Source: a virus. From it: DNA of 64,000 bases. Below are positions 1-9,958 of this stretch, piece by piece. Position numbers and translations under genes: made by a program. The stretch lies in IMG/VR virus record IMGVR_UViG_3300007513_000005; one strand, written 5' to 3'. The notes below the pieces were generated by a model, which saw only the letters and a program-made list of their open reading frames with translations, was not told where the DNA came from and ran no database searches. The number at the start of each line of letters is the position of its first letter. Position 1 is the first letter of the stretch.

Positions 1-837
1 TTAAAAATCTTGTACTTTTGAAGAATATGTCTTTATATAACAAAAATCTGTCTCATACTGAGTCTCGTAGACTCCGTAACTGTACTTGCACAGTTCTTCG
101 TTTTTGTCTTTAATTAATTTTATAATATTTCTCTGCAGATTTTTGTCTTCTGCTAAACTTTGTTGAGAAATACCGTAATAAAGTCTGGTGTCCATTTTGT
201 TTGTCAAGGGATACAGCAAACTTTCTTTTCCCTCTTTCATATCTAAAACTCCCAGAGTGCAAACTCTCCTAGAATCGTTTACTATCGAAAAGTTACTCAC
301 CTCTGCATCCTGGTGGTCAAACACCATAACCATGTGGAAAACAGAAGCGATCAAACTGTTGATTGCAGGGTAATACTCTTTTATACTCGCATCTTCAACC
401 AGTGTGTCCATTTCAGAGTTGCTTGTCAAGTATATGTTTTTAAATATGCCTGACCTAGTATACTCCTGCATTATAGAGAATACCATCCTTTCATGCATCA
501 ACTGTTTTTCGTCAAGAAGGTCTAACTCTGGTCTAACGCAGACAACTGTAATTTCTTTGTCTCTAATTTGATACAAAAACTTGAGTGCAATAGACGAAAC
601 AAAACTCGAACCGCTAAGTACAAAGATTACCTTATCTTTTATCTTGTCTTTCAGTCTTTTCGGTATTGTCTTGAAAGATTCTTCGTACTCTTCTGGGGTT
701 TCTTTCTTTTTTACAACCAGTTTATCTTTCCACTCAACAGAGGAATCATCTACGCAAATAACATTGTACTGAGAGTATTTGTCGAACTGCATGGCAACGC
801 GGCATCCGACACCGCCTAATCCTATTACTGTATACAT
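1..837 (-). CDS. Divergent tubulin/FtsZ-superfamily protein (TubZ/PhuZ-like)
   Basis: N-terminal VIGLGGVGCRVA matches the FtsZ/tubulin T1 loop. VFVLSGSSFVSS lies where GGGTG(S/T)G is expected. ITVVCVRPE and IYLTSNSEM parallel FtsZ VTxPF and LIVIPNDKL. 278 aa. Confidence 0.6.
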   Translation of the reverse strand: MYTVIGLGGVGCRVAMQFDKYSQYNVICVDDSSVEWKDKLVVKKKETPEEYEESFKTIPKRLKDKIKDKVIFVLSGSSFVSSIALKFLYQIRDKEITVVCVRPELDLLDEKQLMHERMVFSIMQEYTRSGIFKNIYLTSNSEMDTLVEDASIKEYYPAINSLIASVFHMVMVFDHQDAEVSNFSIVNDSRRVCTLGVLDMKEGKESLLYPLTNKMDTRLYYGISQQSLAEDKNLQRNIIKLIKDKNEELCKYSYGVYETQYETDFCYIKTYSSKVQDF

Positions 838-1955
838 TAAACCTCTTTCATTTCCCCAAAGTTTTTACCGATACCAGAGTTGACAACGTACTTTCCAAAC
901 CTAGTGTCTGCAAATATACTCTTCGCCTCCAAAAACTTTTCTTTATCTTCTTTAGCAAAATCCAGTATAACAGAGTCGTGAAGCAAATAACAGATTTTTG
1001 TTCTAAATCCTTTAAAAAAATCTCTCAACTTATATGCCTGCTCGATGCAGACATCACTGCTCGTGCTTTGAACAATATAGTTTAGTGCCCTTCTTTCATC
1101 AGTTTCAATATATCGCAAAAAGGGGGTCTTTACGCCGTCTTTGTGACGATAGTTATCTTTGACCCAATCCCTGTTGTAAAGTCTCTCCAGCAGAGGATCT
1201 CGCGCTTCAGGGTTATATAACCAGGCGAAAGTTCGCTTCTTCATCTCCTCTCGGGTGATCTCGTCAGATGTCTGTTGCATATTCCATTCATGAATGTCGT
1301 TCAATGGTTGTTCCTTGCCCGAAAGTGCAAGGAGTGTACGCAACTCTGCAGCGTTGAAGTCAAATTCGACAAAGAGGTCATTCGATGGTTCCAAAGAGGA
1401 TCTGTCTTCCCTTTTCATGGTCAGGATAGGTATACCAGACTTCTTGTTGGACAACCTGCCTGTCCTCGTTCCAAAGATACTATAATTTGTGTTCTTCAGT
1501 TCCCCATTGTAAAGGTTGCTCTTGGCATTCATCTCTTCTGTTAGGATGTGTGCCTTTTTGAGTACATCGTAGTGCGCTGGCTTTCGAATATTCTCAAATG
1601 CATGCTTTATAATGTTTCCTTTGTCCTTTAGAAAGTCAAGCAAAATATCGGAAGGTATATAATCATATATACAGTGATCCTGCAGGTTACATTTCGATGT
1701 AACGACAGATTTCATGATTGCGGAAATTCTTCCCGAGGTACACTTCCAAGAATCAAGAATGAAAATCGGGCAGACCGATTCTATCTCCCCATCTGAGGTG
1801 TACAAATATGCATAGTCCACATCGTCCCTATCTGAGAGGTGATCTGTGTGCCTCCACGTCTTATTGAGTTCTGGTAGATTTTGGAAATCTGCCAAATCAC
1901 CAGAGACGTACATTTTCAAGCACTTCTTGTTATTGTCAATTATCTGAAAATACAT
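837..1955 (-). CDS. Minimal family-A DNA polymerase (palm/fingers core only)
   Basis: TRTGRLS, motif A EFDFNAAELR, motif B REEMKKRTFAWLY (R-x3-K-x3-F-x3-Y), RALNYIVQSTSSD and motif C LLHDSVIL occur in canonical order. Only 372 aa. Confidence 0.8.
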   Translation of the reverse strand: MYFQIIDNNKKCLKMYVSGDLADFQNLPELNKTWRHTDHLSDRDDVDYAYLYTSDGEIESVCPIFILDSWKCTSGRISAIMKSVVTSKCNLQDHCIYDYIPSDILLDFLKDKGNIIKHAFENIRKPAHYDVLKKAHILTEEMNAKSNLYNGELKNTNYSIFGTRTGRLSNKKSGIPILTMKREDRSSLEPSNDLFVEFDFNAAELRTLLALSGKEQPLNDIHEWNMQQTSDEITREEMKKRTFAWLYNPEARDPLLERLYNRDWVKDNYRHKDGVKTPFLRYIETDERRALNYIVQSTSSDVCIEQAYKLRDFFKGFRTKICYLLHDSVILDFAKEDKEKFLEAKSIFADTRFGKYVVNSGIGKNFGEMKEV

Positions 1956-3058
1956 TATCTATAAATATCTGTCTTTATTTCAAGGATTTTTCTCTCTACA
2001 TAATCCATAGATCTTTCAAACCCTTCCTTTATGAGCAAACTATAACAGTTTTCAAGAAGTCTGTCAATCTTTGTTTTAGGAATATTTATTTTTTCTTCTA
2101 ATACGAGGATTTTAACATACAACTGAAACCACTTCTTATCCCCATATGCCGCGACAGCTGCGGAGGCAGGCGTTCTACTTGTGATAGTTGTACCCCTTAA
2201 CAAGGACCCATCCTTACATATCTTATATGTGGCCGTCTCTCCGTGAGCCGCGGTCAAGAGATCGTACCAGGACCCAATGCTATATTTGATCTTGTCTAGG
2301 TCGAAACCGCGACAGTTATAGTAAAAAGAACTTTGTATATCAGATTCGACACCAACGTATTGGCTGGCATATTCAAGCATTTGTCTGCTTTTGATGTTTG
2401 CGACTAGTGCCCAAGGCGCGTGGGCCATTAGGGAGAACCCATGTTGCGCTGCAAGATTAGCATATGCATCAAAAGAAGGACTGTTGATAATTTTCAACTT
2501 GGTTTCTATTCCGTCGACTGAATGTGATGCCTTCATTAATTCTATAACCAATCCAGTACCATGAATTGGACATAATCCAGATTTAACAAACCTGGAGTAA
2601 GTCACTGGAGACTGGTGCGAATAGTCTTTAATGGCAAGCAATACAACTTCCACAAACTGATCAAGACTTTTTATGCTATCCTTTCGCGGTAAAATATACT
2701 CGGAATAAATCACACTAAATAAATTTTCTAATTGCCTATCATACAATTCTAGCGGATTTACATACCCCCTCTGTGCCACAATGATTGGTATTCCCTCTAT
2801 GGGGTGAGACAACCTCTCATATTTAGCAGAAAATTCAACAAACGCATCAACAACAAAATTCAGAGCACTAATCTCAGTGCCTGGGATTTGCTCTATTGCT
2901 GAGTGGTTCAATGGGGCGATAGACTTACCATTCGAATCGATACGTCCATACATCTGATGTTTCGGAGACCTATTATCAAAAGACTCAAGACTGGGTTCGA
3001 ATTGAATCTCGCGCATATATCCTAAATTTTCTAGAAATTTTCTTTTTGAATCAGTCAT
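1955..3058 (-). CDS. Hypothetical protein (367 aa)
   Basis: Long ORF overlapping both neighbours on the coding strand; no motif recognised. Confidence 0.7.
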   Translation of the reverse strand: MTDSKRKFLENLGYMREIQFEPSLESFDNRSPKHQMYGRIDSNGKSIAPLNHSAIEQIPGTEISALNFVVDAFVEFSAKYERLSHPIEGIPIIVAQRGYVNPLELYDRQLENLFSVIYSEYILPRKDSIKSLDQFVEVVLLAIKDYSHQSPVTYSRFVKSGLCPIHGTGLVIELMKASHSVDGIETKLKIINSPSFDAYANLAAQHGFSLMAHAPWALVANIKSRQMLEYASQYVGVESDIQSSFYYNCRGFDLDKIKYSIGSWYDLLTAAHGETATYKICKDGSLLRGTTITSRTPASAAVAAYGDKKWFQLYVKILVLEEKINIPKTKIDRLLENCYSLLIKEGFERSMDYVERKILEIKTDIYR

Positions 3059-6000
3059 TAATCATCGCCACCGTCTCGGCATCTGTCAAGGTGTCTCCTC
3101 TTTCTATCTTTCTCATAATACGCGCAAGATTTCTTTCTTTTTTGGCCGTGGCTTGCCTCTCCAGAAGACGTTTCTTTTCTTCTTTGCTCTTGGGTTTGAT
3201 TGCCTCGATGGCCTCAGCCCAATCTACGGTCGATTCATTATAACACTTAAAGGAAGTCGAAAACCCTGATGAATCAATCTTGTGTTCCACGTTAATAACG
3301 TTATAAAGTCCAGTTAGTCCAACCTCCTTAAAAACTGGTGAATCAGAAATATCTGCGACACCTATCAAACTCGGCTTAACAAAAAAGGATAATCCAGGGT
3401 AAAAATCTATCAACCCGAAGCTCGTTATATCGACATTGTAAAGCTGCGGTATCATAATCAGGCCATTCTCCGATCTAAATCCTTTTTCTATGTTATCATC
3501 TTGCTTTGCCTTCATGCTTTGGTTCTCCACCTGCTTGAAAGAAATTTTTCTTATTATGCTCTTATCCTTGCCCACTTCCCATTTCGTTAATCTTAGTGCA
3601 TCTTGGATATTAAGTTCTGTCGAAGCTTGAGACATTGTGTAATAGTACACCGTTTCATCACCCCCGCCTTGTCCGTACCCTTCTGCATAGAGTTTGTCAA
3701 CTGATGGCGCTGTGCGCAATTTTTTAATCTTTTCTGGCGTAGTCCTGAATTGACCCACTTTCATACTATATGCTGATGTGTGTTTTCCAGAATCCAGAAC
3801 ATAATCCCCTTGATTGTAGTACCTCTGCACTTCCCTCAATAACGATGTTATTAATTTCTGCAACGTGAACCTTCTTGCTGTTGACTGTTCGAAATCCTTC
3901 ATGATCTTTTGATAAGTTTCCAGCGCAATAGGTATTTTATATAAATTATAAAAGTCACGATTGATACGAATATTTCCCAACATCACACTGACTTTATCTT
4001 TCTCCAGCACCTTGACACTTTCGCTAACTTTCAAAAATGAAGAAATTATATCCCCCATTGTAAAAAACAGAACAGCATGCTCGCTGTCGAGTGTCGCCAA
4101 TACCTGGGCGTGGCGGGCCAACTCATCATCAAGTTCTTTTTGAGCTTTCGCTACCTGCACTGATAATGGATCATCGAACCAACCGTCGTCGTTTCCTTTC
4201 TTGGCTCTCTCAAGTTTGTCTTGTAGAACCTTCACCTTTTTGGCATGGGTTTTGTTTTCTTCATCGAGGACAGCCTTTCGACCTTTTTTGGTTTTGCCAT
4301 CTCCCTCGGCAATCAGATCGACTTTAGATTTTATTTTCTTGGTGGGGTTGTCACTTTCAGTAGTCTTTTTAGTAGGAGATATCTCTATGTATGACTTATC
4401 AGTACCAGGCAGGCGATAATTTGCGCTATCAGCGGCGGCCTGTTCTTCCATTATACTCAACCCTGGAAGTTCATTACCTTCAGAATCTTTAGTTACGAGC
4501 ATTCTTTGAACCTTTACTCGCTTTTCTTCTGGTTTTAAGAATTCCTCATCCAGCGTCTTAGAAACCTGCATCCTAAATCTACATACTCTTCTAAAGTCCA
4601 CAACTTTCTGTGATCCACCAGTTGTACGCATCTTCGGAGGGAGCATCTGGTCGTCAGCAAAATTTAACTTATAGAAGTGGGGCCTCATAACCCTATTAAA
4701 GGCAGTATCGAACAACTTCTCTCTGTATGCTTTTCCTTCTATTGCGAACCTGTACATCTTGCTATTATCTGTCAGATGATTTAGTACGGCATTTATCTTC
4801 TTTGTCTTCTTTTGTTGAAAATAATCAGTGTGGACACTTATGTGAGTGGTCACTTGGTTGTGTTCCTTTTTGGGAATCTTCTTGAAAAAGGTTCGGATCT
4901 TCTTCTTAGTATCGTCGGAAGCAGTCGGATGCACCCTATTAATATACTCGTTCACGACCCTCTGTATATTTCTGTTCAAAGTCGGTTGTGTTTCTTTGGC
5001 CATTTGAGAGATTAATCCATCATAATAACTGTGGACGTGTGAGTCACCGTCGGACATTACATCAATATCTTGAAATACCTCACTGGTTCTTGAAACATAA
5101 TCACACTGAAGCATGAAAGACCCATCCTCATTGAAGTTGAATGAGTGTTTGTAATAACTCATGACAAAAGTCTTCAATTGCCTCTTCAATGACTTTACTT
5201 GCAGGGGTGTATAGTTAAGTGATTTGATTGTCTCCGAACTGGGCATGTTCCACCCCACTGTCAACATAAGGTCTTTTGGACTACCGTCTTCGGACCCTAA
5301 CCCCTCTGGCTGAATAAGTGGCAAATACAATTCACGTCCTCTCTTGCTGCTAAAAACAGACAAGTTGGATCCATAAAAAGTTATAGTTGAATCAATGTCT
5401 CTCTTGGCGGTCTCTGGGGTGTCACCTGCAAGACGAATTGTTAAATCTTGAAGACCCAGAACACTCTGGAAGTTATTAAGGGCAGTAATTCCTGTCCTTT
5501 TTTGAGTTGATAATCCCCTATTTTGAATGGGGATCGGTTTCTTTGTTTTCTTTTCGCGGTTATATACGAAGAACTCCACCCTTGGTGTTAAAGCAGCGAG
5601 TTGGGCATTATTAAGAGTGACAAGTGGATTTACTAAAAACCCCTCATAGTCCTTATTTTTGACATACTCCATTTTAAAACTAAAAATATTGGTGAGTCTG
5701 TTTGTGTCCAGTCCTGACTTTATCGAAAAAACGCGGCCTTTTGCTGCGATCGCAGAGGTGCGGGTCATGGCAGTTGTGTTCATTATGTGCGCTCCATACA
5801 TGCTTAGTAGGTGCTGATCCTTTGTTCCCTTTCTTAAGGATATATAGTTTTGTCGGATTCTATCAAAAGTGAATTCTGCGAATTGAGGTTTTATTGGGTT
5901 ATCCAGTGCATGGTCTTCTGTTGCCGTTTCTTGTTCAATTTCTGCAACGACTTCTGAGTCTGTACCGTACGCGGAGAGTAGTTTACCCGTTGTGGCGGCC

Positions 6001-6464
6001 GTTCCTAGACTCTTTTTTAATTTTGCTATTTTCTCGGCATTTGCTTCTCGGGACTTTTTATCTTTTTGGTTCTTGTTATTACGCAGGACTGTGATTAGTT
6101 CTGCAATTTCCTTATCAGCGTCGCCGCCAGCACCATATTTCTTTTCCCAGCCCTGGAGTTTCTTATAATCCTTTTTAGGACCTAATTTATACAAATTCAA
6201 ATCTTTGGACAATGGGTAGATTTTGCTATAATCTTCTACCGTCAACTCTTTGGCACTTGGGTAGTTGCCATCGTTGCGCGGTTTGATCACTTCATTGAGA
6301 TAATCATTGATTGGTTCATACTGCTTGGATTTAGGGCCATTCCTGTTGGAAGCTGCCATGTCGAGCATCTGCTTGGTGATACTTTGTTTAAAACTTTTGA
6401 TGTTGCTCTCGGCTTCTGCCTTAATACTGTCAACGATTTTCTGTTCAGCTGATGTGTATTTCAT
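3051..6464 (-). CDS. Large baseplate hub-like protein (gp27/late-control D type C-terminus) with long insertions
   Basis: C-terminal FYPGLSFFV...GLYNVINVEHKIDSSGFSTSFKC resembles hub proteins, and the gene follows LysM and tube-initiator genes. Start moved to ATG 6464 (MKYTS), just after the upstream TAG. Confidence 0.55.
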   Translation of the reverse strand: MKYTSAEQKIVDSIKAEAESNIKSFKQSITKQMLDMAASNRNGPKSKQYEPINDYLNEVIKPRNDGNYPSAKELTVEDYSKIYPLSKDLNLYKLGPKKDYKKLQGWEKKYGAGGDADKEIAELITVLRNNKNQKDKKSREANAEKIAKLKKSLGTAATTGKLLSAYGTDSEVVAEIEQETATEDHALDNPIKPQFAEFTFDRIRQNYISLRKGTKDQHLLSMYGAHIMNTTAMTRTSAIAAKGRVFSIKSGLDTNRLTNIFSFKMEYVKNKDYEGFLVNPLVTLNNAQLAALTPRVEFFVYNREKKTKKPIPIQNRGLSTQKRTGITALNNFQSVLGLQDLTIRLAGDTPETAKRDIDSTITFYGSNLSVFSSKRGRELYLPLIQPEGLGSEDGSPKDLMLTVGWNMPSSETIKSLNYTPLQVKSLKRQLKTFVMSYYKHSFNFNEDGSFMLQCDYVSRTSEVFQDIDVMSDGDSHVHSYYDGLISQMAKETQPTLNRNIQRVVNEYINRVHPTASDDTKKKIRTFFKKIPKKEHNQVTTHISVHTDYFQQKKTKKINAVLNHLTDNSKMYRFAIEGKAYREKLFDTAFNRVMRPHFYKLNFADDQMLPPKMRTTGGSQKVVDFRRVCRFRMQVSKTLDEEFLKPEEKRVKVQRMLVTKDSEGNELPGLSIMEEQAAADSANYRLPGTDKSYIEISPTKKTTESDNPTKKIKSKVDLIAEGDGKTKKGRKAVLDEENKTHAKKVKVLQDKLERAKKGNDDGWFDDPLSVQVAKAQKELDDELARHAQVLATLDSEHAVLFFTMGDIISSFLKVSESVKVLEKDKVSVMLGNIRINRDFYNLYKIPIALETYQKIMKDFEQSTARRFTLQKLITSLLREVQRYYNQGDYVLDSGKHTSAYSMKVGQFRTTPEKIKKLRTAPSVDKLYAEGYGQGGGDETVYYYTMSQASTELNIQDALRLTKWEVGKDKSIIRKISFKQVENQSMKAKQDDNIEKGFRSENGLIMIPQLYNVDITSFGLIDFYPGLSFFVKPSLIGVADISDSPVFKEVGLTGLYNVINVEHKIDSSGFSTSFKCYNESTVDWAEAIEAIKPKSKEEKKRLLERQATAKKERNLARIMRKIERGDTLTDAETVAMIND

Positions 6465-6466
6465 CC

Positions 6467-6802
6467 CTACCCCCTCACATAATCGTATATTAATTCCCAA
6501 TTGATCGGAATATAGATGGTGTCACCAATGTCAAGGTGTGCTTCGGTTGGCGCAAGATTGAAACTTGCTATGATCCACCACAATTCTGGATCGCCATAAT
6601 ACCTGTCTGCAAACTTAAAGTATTTATCGCCAATTTGCCATATGGCAAGTTCATAACTTACATTCTTTCTCAAATCGTCTGGTAGGGTTATGAACTTTGG
6701 TGTTGCGAACTGTGTTATTCTCTTTGTCCCCCTATTCTTTAACGTGTTGTGATACATCTTGTGACTATTAATAACCATGGTTCTGTTTGAATATCTACTC
6801 AT
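6467..6802 (-). CDS. LysM-like baseplate wedge protein (gp53/tail-X type)
   Basis: WQIGDKYFKFADRYYGDPELWWIIASFN...LDIGDTIYIP is the typical baseplate LysM pattern. Confidence 0.75.
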   Translation of the reverse strand: MSRYSNRTMVINSHKMYHNTLKNRGTKRITQFATPKFITLPDDLRKNVSYELAIWQIGDKYFKFADRYYGDPELWWIIASFNLAPTEAHLDIGDTIYIPINWELIYDYVRG

Positions 6803-7743
6803 TTCTTATCTGCCTTTGGCGCGTTGGCCTTATCTATTTTATCATTGACTGCAGATTTATTTACTTGTGTTTGTTTATTTTGTTTATTGTTTCGTTTCGA
6901 ATTCTTTGCGGAGGTCGACACGGAAACTTGATTGCCAGTGCCGCCTCTGGTCCTTTTCAGTGGTGAATTATTCACTGCTGCGGATCCTCGCTTGACATCA
7001 TGGAGAACGCCGCCTTGCGACTCATACCCATAGGGATATCCCGTTGCGTGGCCACCTAACCACTTCTTTGCACCACTCCACCCGAGAGAGTGTTCATGAA
7101 CAACAACAAAAGACATATTAACCTCAAACACTTTAGGGACAAAAGTATGACTCTTGTTTGTGGTTTGCCTTTCGTGTGCGTCGTTTGTCCTATTATAAGA
7201 CTTTACATCATTTGCGCTCATTGCTGGTGACATGTGATGAAACCCAGCTTCTAGATTGGGGGTGAAATCAACATTCTCCATCCATCCAGAAAGTCCACCC
7301 TTTAACACGCTTACTGCGTTTTGTTCTTGTCTTGCATCCTTGACAAAGTTTGCAAACTTCATTTTAAGTAACGGATAAGCGTTCATTACATTATGTCCGC
7401 CATTAGAACTGTAGGATGGATACAAAAACCCTATCAAATGCTCCAATTGGTGCATGTTGGCGTATCCCTCTTCGGGTGTAAAGGATGGAATACTCAACGA
7501 TAATGAGATTCTCCTTGTAGTGTTATTCCAAGATCCAATTGGATCAGCGCGGCCGAAGACATTCTGCGTGTTCCACTGACTTGTAAAGTTCTCATTAAAA
7601 CTGGTTAACCAAGCTGGAAACACACACGCCTTACCAGTTGCGATGTGCATAATTTCTATACTAAACCCAGCTTCTTCAAATCTCGACAATATCGGATCTG
7701 TGTGTTTTGCATCGACTGACCAGAATCCATCACCACCTGCCAT
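6799..7743 (-). CDS. Tail tube initiator/baseplate protein (contractile-system tube-like fold)
   Basis: LTSFNENFTSQWNTQNVFGRADPIGSWNNTTRRISLSLSIP motif; position directly after the tape-measure genes. Confidence 0.6.
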   Translation of the reverse strand: MAGGDGFWSVDAKHTDPILSRFEEAGFSIEIMHIATGKACVFPAWLTSFNENFTSQWNTQNVFGRADPIGSWNNTTRRISLSLSIPSFTPEEGYANMHQLEHLIGFLYPSYSSNGGHNVMNAYPLLKMKFANFVKDARQEQNAVSVLKGGLSGWMENVDFTPNLEAGFHHMSPAMSANDVKSYNRTNDAHERQTTNKSHTFVPKVFEVNMSFVVVHEHSLGWSGAKKWLGGHATGYPYGYESQGGVLHDVKRGSAAVNNSPLKRTRGGTGNQVSVSTSAKNSKRNNKQNKQTQVNKSAVNDKIDKANAPKADKK

Positions 7744-7744
7744 A

Positions 7745-9958
7745 TTATAACCTCTTTATTGCATTGAGTCCATCGACCACCATTTGACCTGCATCCCTCT
7801 CTTTCATAGATAGTTTCAAATCCGACTTTTTTGCTGCGATTTCGGCAACGATCTCTGTGATACCTTTTATCATCGTGGCCAAGGCGCCGTCTGCTTTAGC
7901 AGCATAAAACACATCATTCTTATCAAAAACGGGGGTCATATAATTGCGAGCAATGTTTGGAGTTGCCATAACTGGTCCCAGTGATTGGGCTGAATTTGAA
8001 TCCTCAGTTGGGGCAGCTTGGTTTGTCCCTCTCCTCGCAACCGAACTAGCACTGAACTGTAAATCCGTACGTGCTTCGTTCTTGCCTGCCTTTACGTTGG
8101 ATTTGCTTGAACCGCGAACCTTAGTGCCGCCAGGAAGTTTTAAGTTTGCATTGGCAACTGTTCCTTCCATCCTTTTTTGAATTTCATTCAAATTATCGGG
8201 ACCTTTTTTGGTGCTGCCTCCTTTTGTTGGCCACTTCTTTTCACGTTCGTCCTGTATTCTTTTTTCACGCTCTTCTCCACTGGTACCAGCGAAGCTTGCG
8301 CCTGCGCCCATGCCAATAACTGTGCCAATTTGAGCCGCCGAGCCGAGCCCGAAAGTGTTCATAGCCATACCCATCATTATGCTCGAAAACAGAGCAATGT
8401 TATCAGTGAAAAAACTTATCATGCCCACGACGACATTTGTTAACTCCATCAAACCCTTCTCCCCGCCAATGGCATTGACGAGCATTCTAATCGCCTGCTC
8501 CATTGCGGCGTCTATCTTTGTAGCGACTGACAACTGGTCTGCGATCTCTGATTGGGTTCCTTGCATATCTGTCGCCACTGCATCAAGACCCTCCCTGTCA
8601 CTCTCTAAAAGATCAGCTTCGGCGTCCATAAACTGCTTCAATTTTGCGACGTCACCGCCGAAACCCAATGTTGGTTCTTTTGCAAGTGCTCGCAATTCTC
8701 TTGCACTAAGTTCCTTGATCGATCTCCCTTCCTTAGCAAGGGAATCCATGATCACTTTTCTCTTTTCTGCTGGAGATTCAGCTGCTAGTAAGGCTTGAGC
8801 ACTGACAAGAGGAGCACCGAAAGCAATATTGATGCTTTGGGCGAACTTTGCGGCGCCTTCAAATGTATCCATATTTTCATTCATTTGCAACAACTGGTTA
8901 ACCTCTATTCCCAGTTTCGCTGCCATAAATGCTGTGTCTTTGAATATCCTGCGGCCCAGTTCTGCCTCGAACCTGGCCAGAATCGGTTGGGCGTTCTTAA
9001 AATCTTGTGCCATCTCTTGTGGAGGGCGCCCCAGTGCTCTGGCTACGCCTGCAAGGTTGAATAGAAGATCTTTTGCCTGTTCTGGTGTTTGTCCCAGTGC
9101 CTTAACTTGAGTTCCAATAATCTGCGCCTGAGTGTCCATAGACACCCCTAGTTTGCTCAATGTACCTATACCAGCTGTCAATGCAACCAGTTGAGAGTCC
9201 TCTCCTGTGGTCAATTCCGAGAACGATAAAAAATTCTCTTTAAGAGAAGATGCAGCTTCGGCAGCAACTCCTTCGAGATTTGTACCTATTTGACCCATTG
9301 CGGCAGCTGCTTCACCAACATTTAACTGCTCTCTAGTGATTTGGGACCTTTGGAAGAGTGCTGCGCGTGCTTTGTCCATCCGCAACATTGTTTCAAACAT
9401 TTTAGCGGTAATTGCAACTAGAACGTTTTGCCACTGCATTGTTTCCGCAATACCTTTGGTGAACCCTTCTAATAGACCTTTGCCTGATAAATTCTCCCAA
9501 CCTTTTGATAATCCAAAGGTAGCTTGCAACAACCTCTCGGCAGCTGCTTCACCTTTAGCTAATCCTTTATCGTAGTCTTCTTGAAGTTTGACTATTTTCT
9601 TGATTTCTTTATATCTCTTTCTGGCGGTTTCAAGTTCCTTTTCATCTACCTCATCCTGCGTGACCATAAACTCAATCTTTCTTTTTAGATCATATGCCTC
9701 TTGGCCCAAGAGTTCTAGTTTCTTCTTTTCAAGATCGATAACGCCTTCTATCTTATCTTTCTGTTCTGATAAGAGTCTATCTATGTCTTGGTATCTTTTT
9801 GAAAGTTCTTCTACACTTACTTTTCGGACATCAACTAATTGATCGCCCATCACTTCGGTAATTGCCTCAAGTAGTGTTTGGGCAAGTGCTGGATCTATTC
9901 TAGAGTTTGCAGCAGCTGCTTTGAGTTGCTCTATAAGTCTTTTACCCTGATCGCTCAT
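7745..9958 (-). CDS. Tape-measure-like protein 2 (737 aa)
   Basis: Ala/Gly/Leu-rich helical composition, N-terminal coiled coil, hydrophobic segment near residues 510-560, position between chaperone and baseplate genes; paralogous to 9955-12582. Confidence 0.7.
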   Translation of the reverse strand: MSDQGKRLIEQLKAAAANSRIDPALAQTLLEAITEVMGDQLVDVRKVSVEELSKRYQDIDRLLSEQKDKIEGVIDLEKKKLELLGQEAYDLKRKIEFMVTQDEVDEKELETARKRYKEIKKIVKLQEDYDKGLAKGEAAAERLLQATFGLSKGWENLSGKGLLEGFTKGIAETMQWQNVLVAITAKMFETMLRMDKARAALFQRSQITREQLNVGEAAAAMGQIGTNLEGVAAEAASSLKENFLSFSELTTGEDSQLVALTAGIGTLSKLGVSMDTQAQIIGTQVKALGQTPEQAKDLLFNLAGVARALGRPPQEMAQDFKNAQPILARFEAELGRRIFKDTAFMAAKLGIEVNQLLQMNENMDTFEGAAKFAQSINIAFGAPLVSAQALLAAESPAEKRKVIMDSLAKEGRSIKELSARELRALAKEPTLGFGGDVAKLKQFMDAEADLLESDREGLDAVATDMQGTQSEIADQLSVATKIDAAMEQAIRMLVNAIGGEKGLMELTNVVVGMISFFTDNIALFSSIMMGMAMNTFGLGSAAQIGTVIGMGAGASFAGTSGEEREKRIQDEREKKWPTKGGSTKKGPDNLNEIQKRMEGTVANANLKLPGGTKVRGSSKSNVKAGKNEARTDLQFSASSVARRGTNQAAPTEDSNSAQSLGPVMATPNIARNYMTPVFDKNDVFYAAKADGALATMIKGITEIVAEIAAKKSDLKLSMKERDAGQMVVDGLNAIKRL

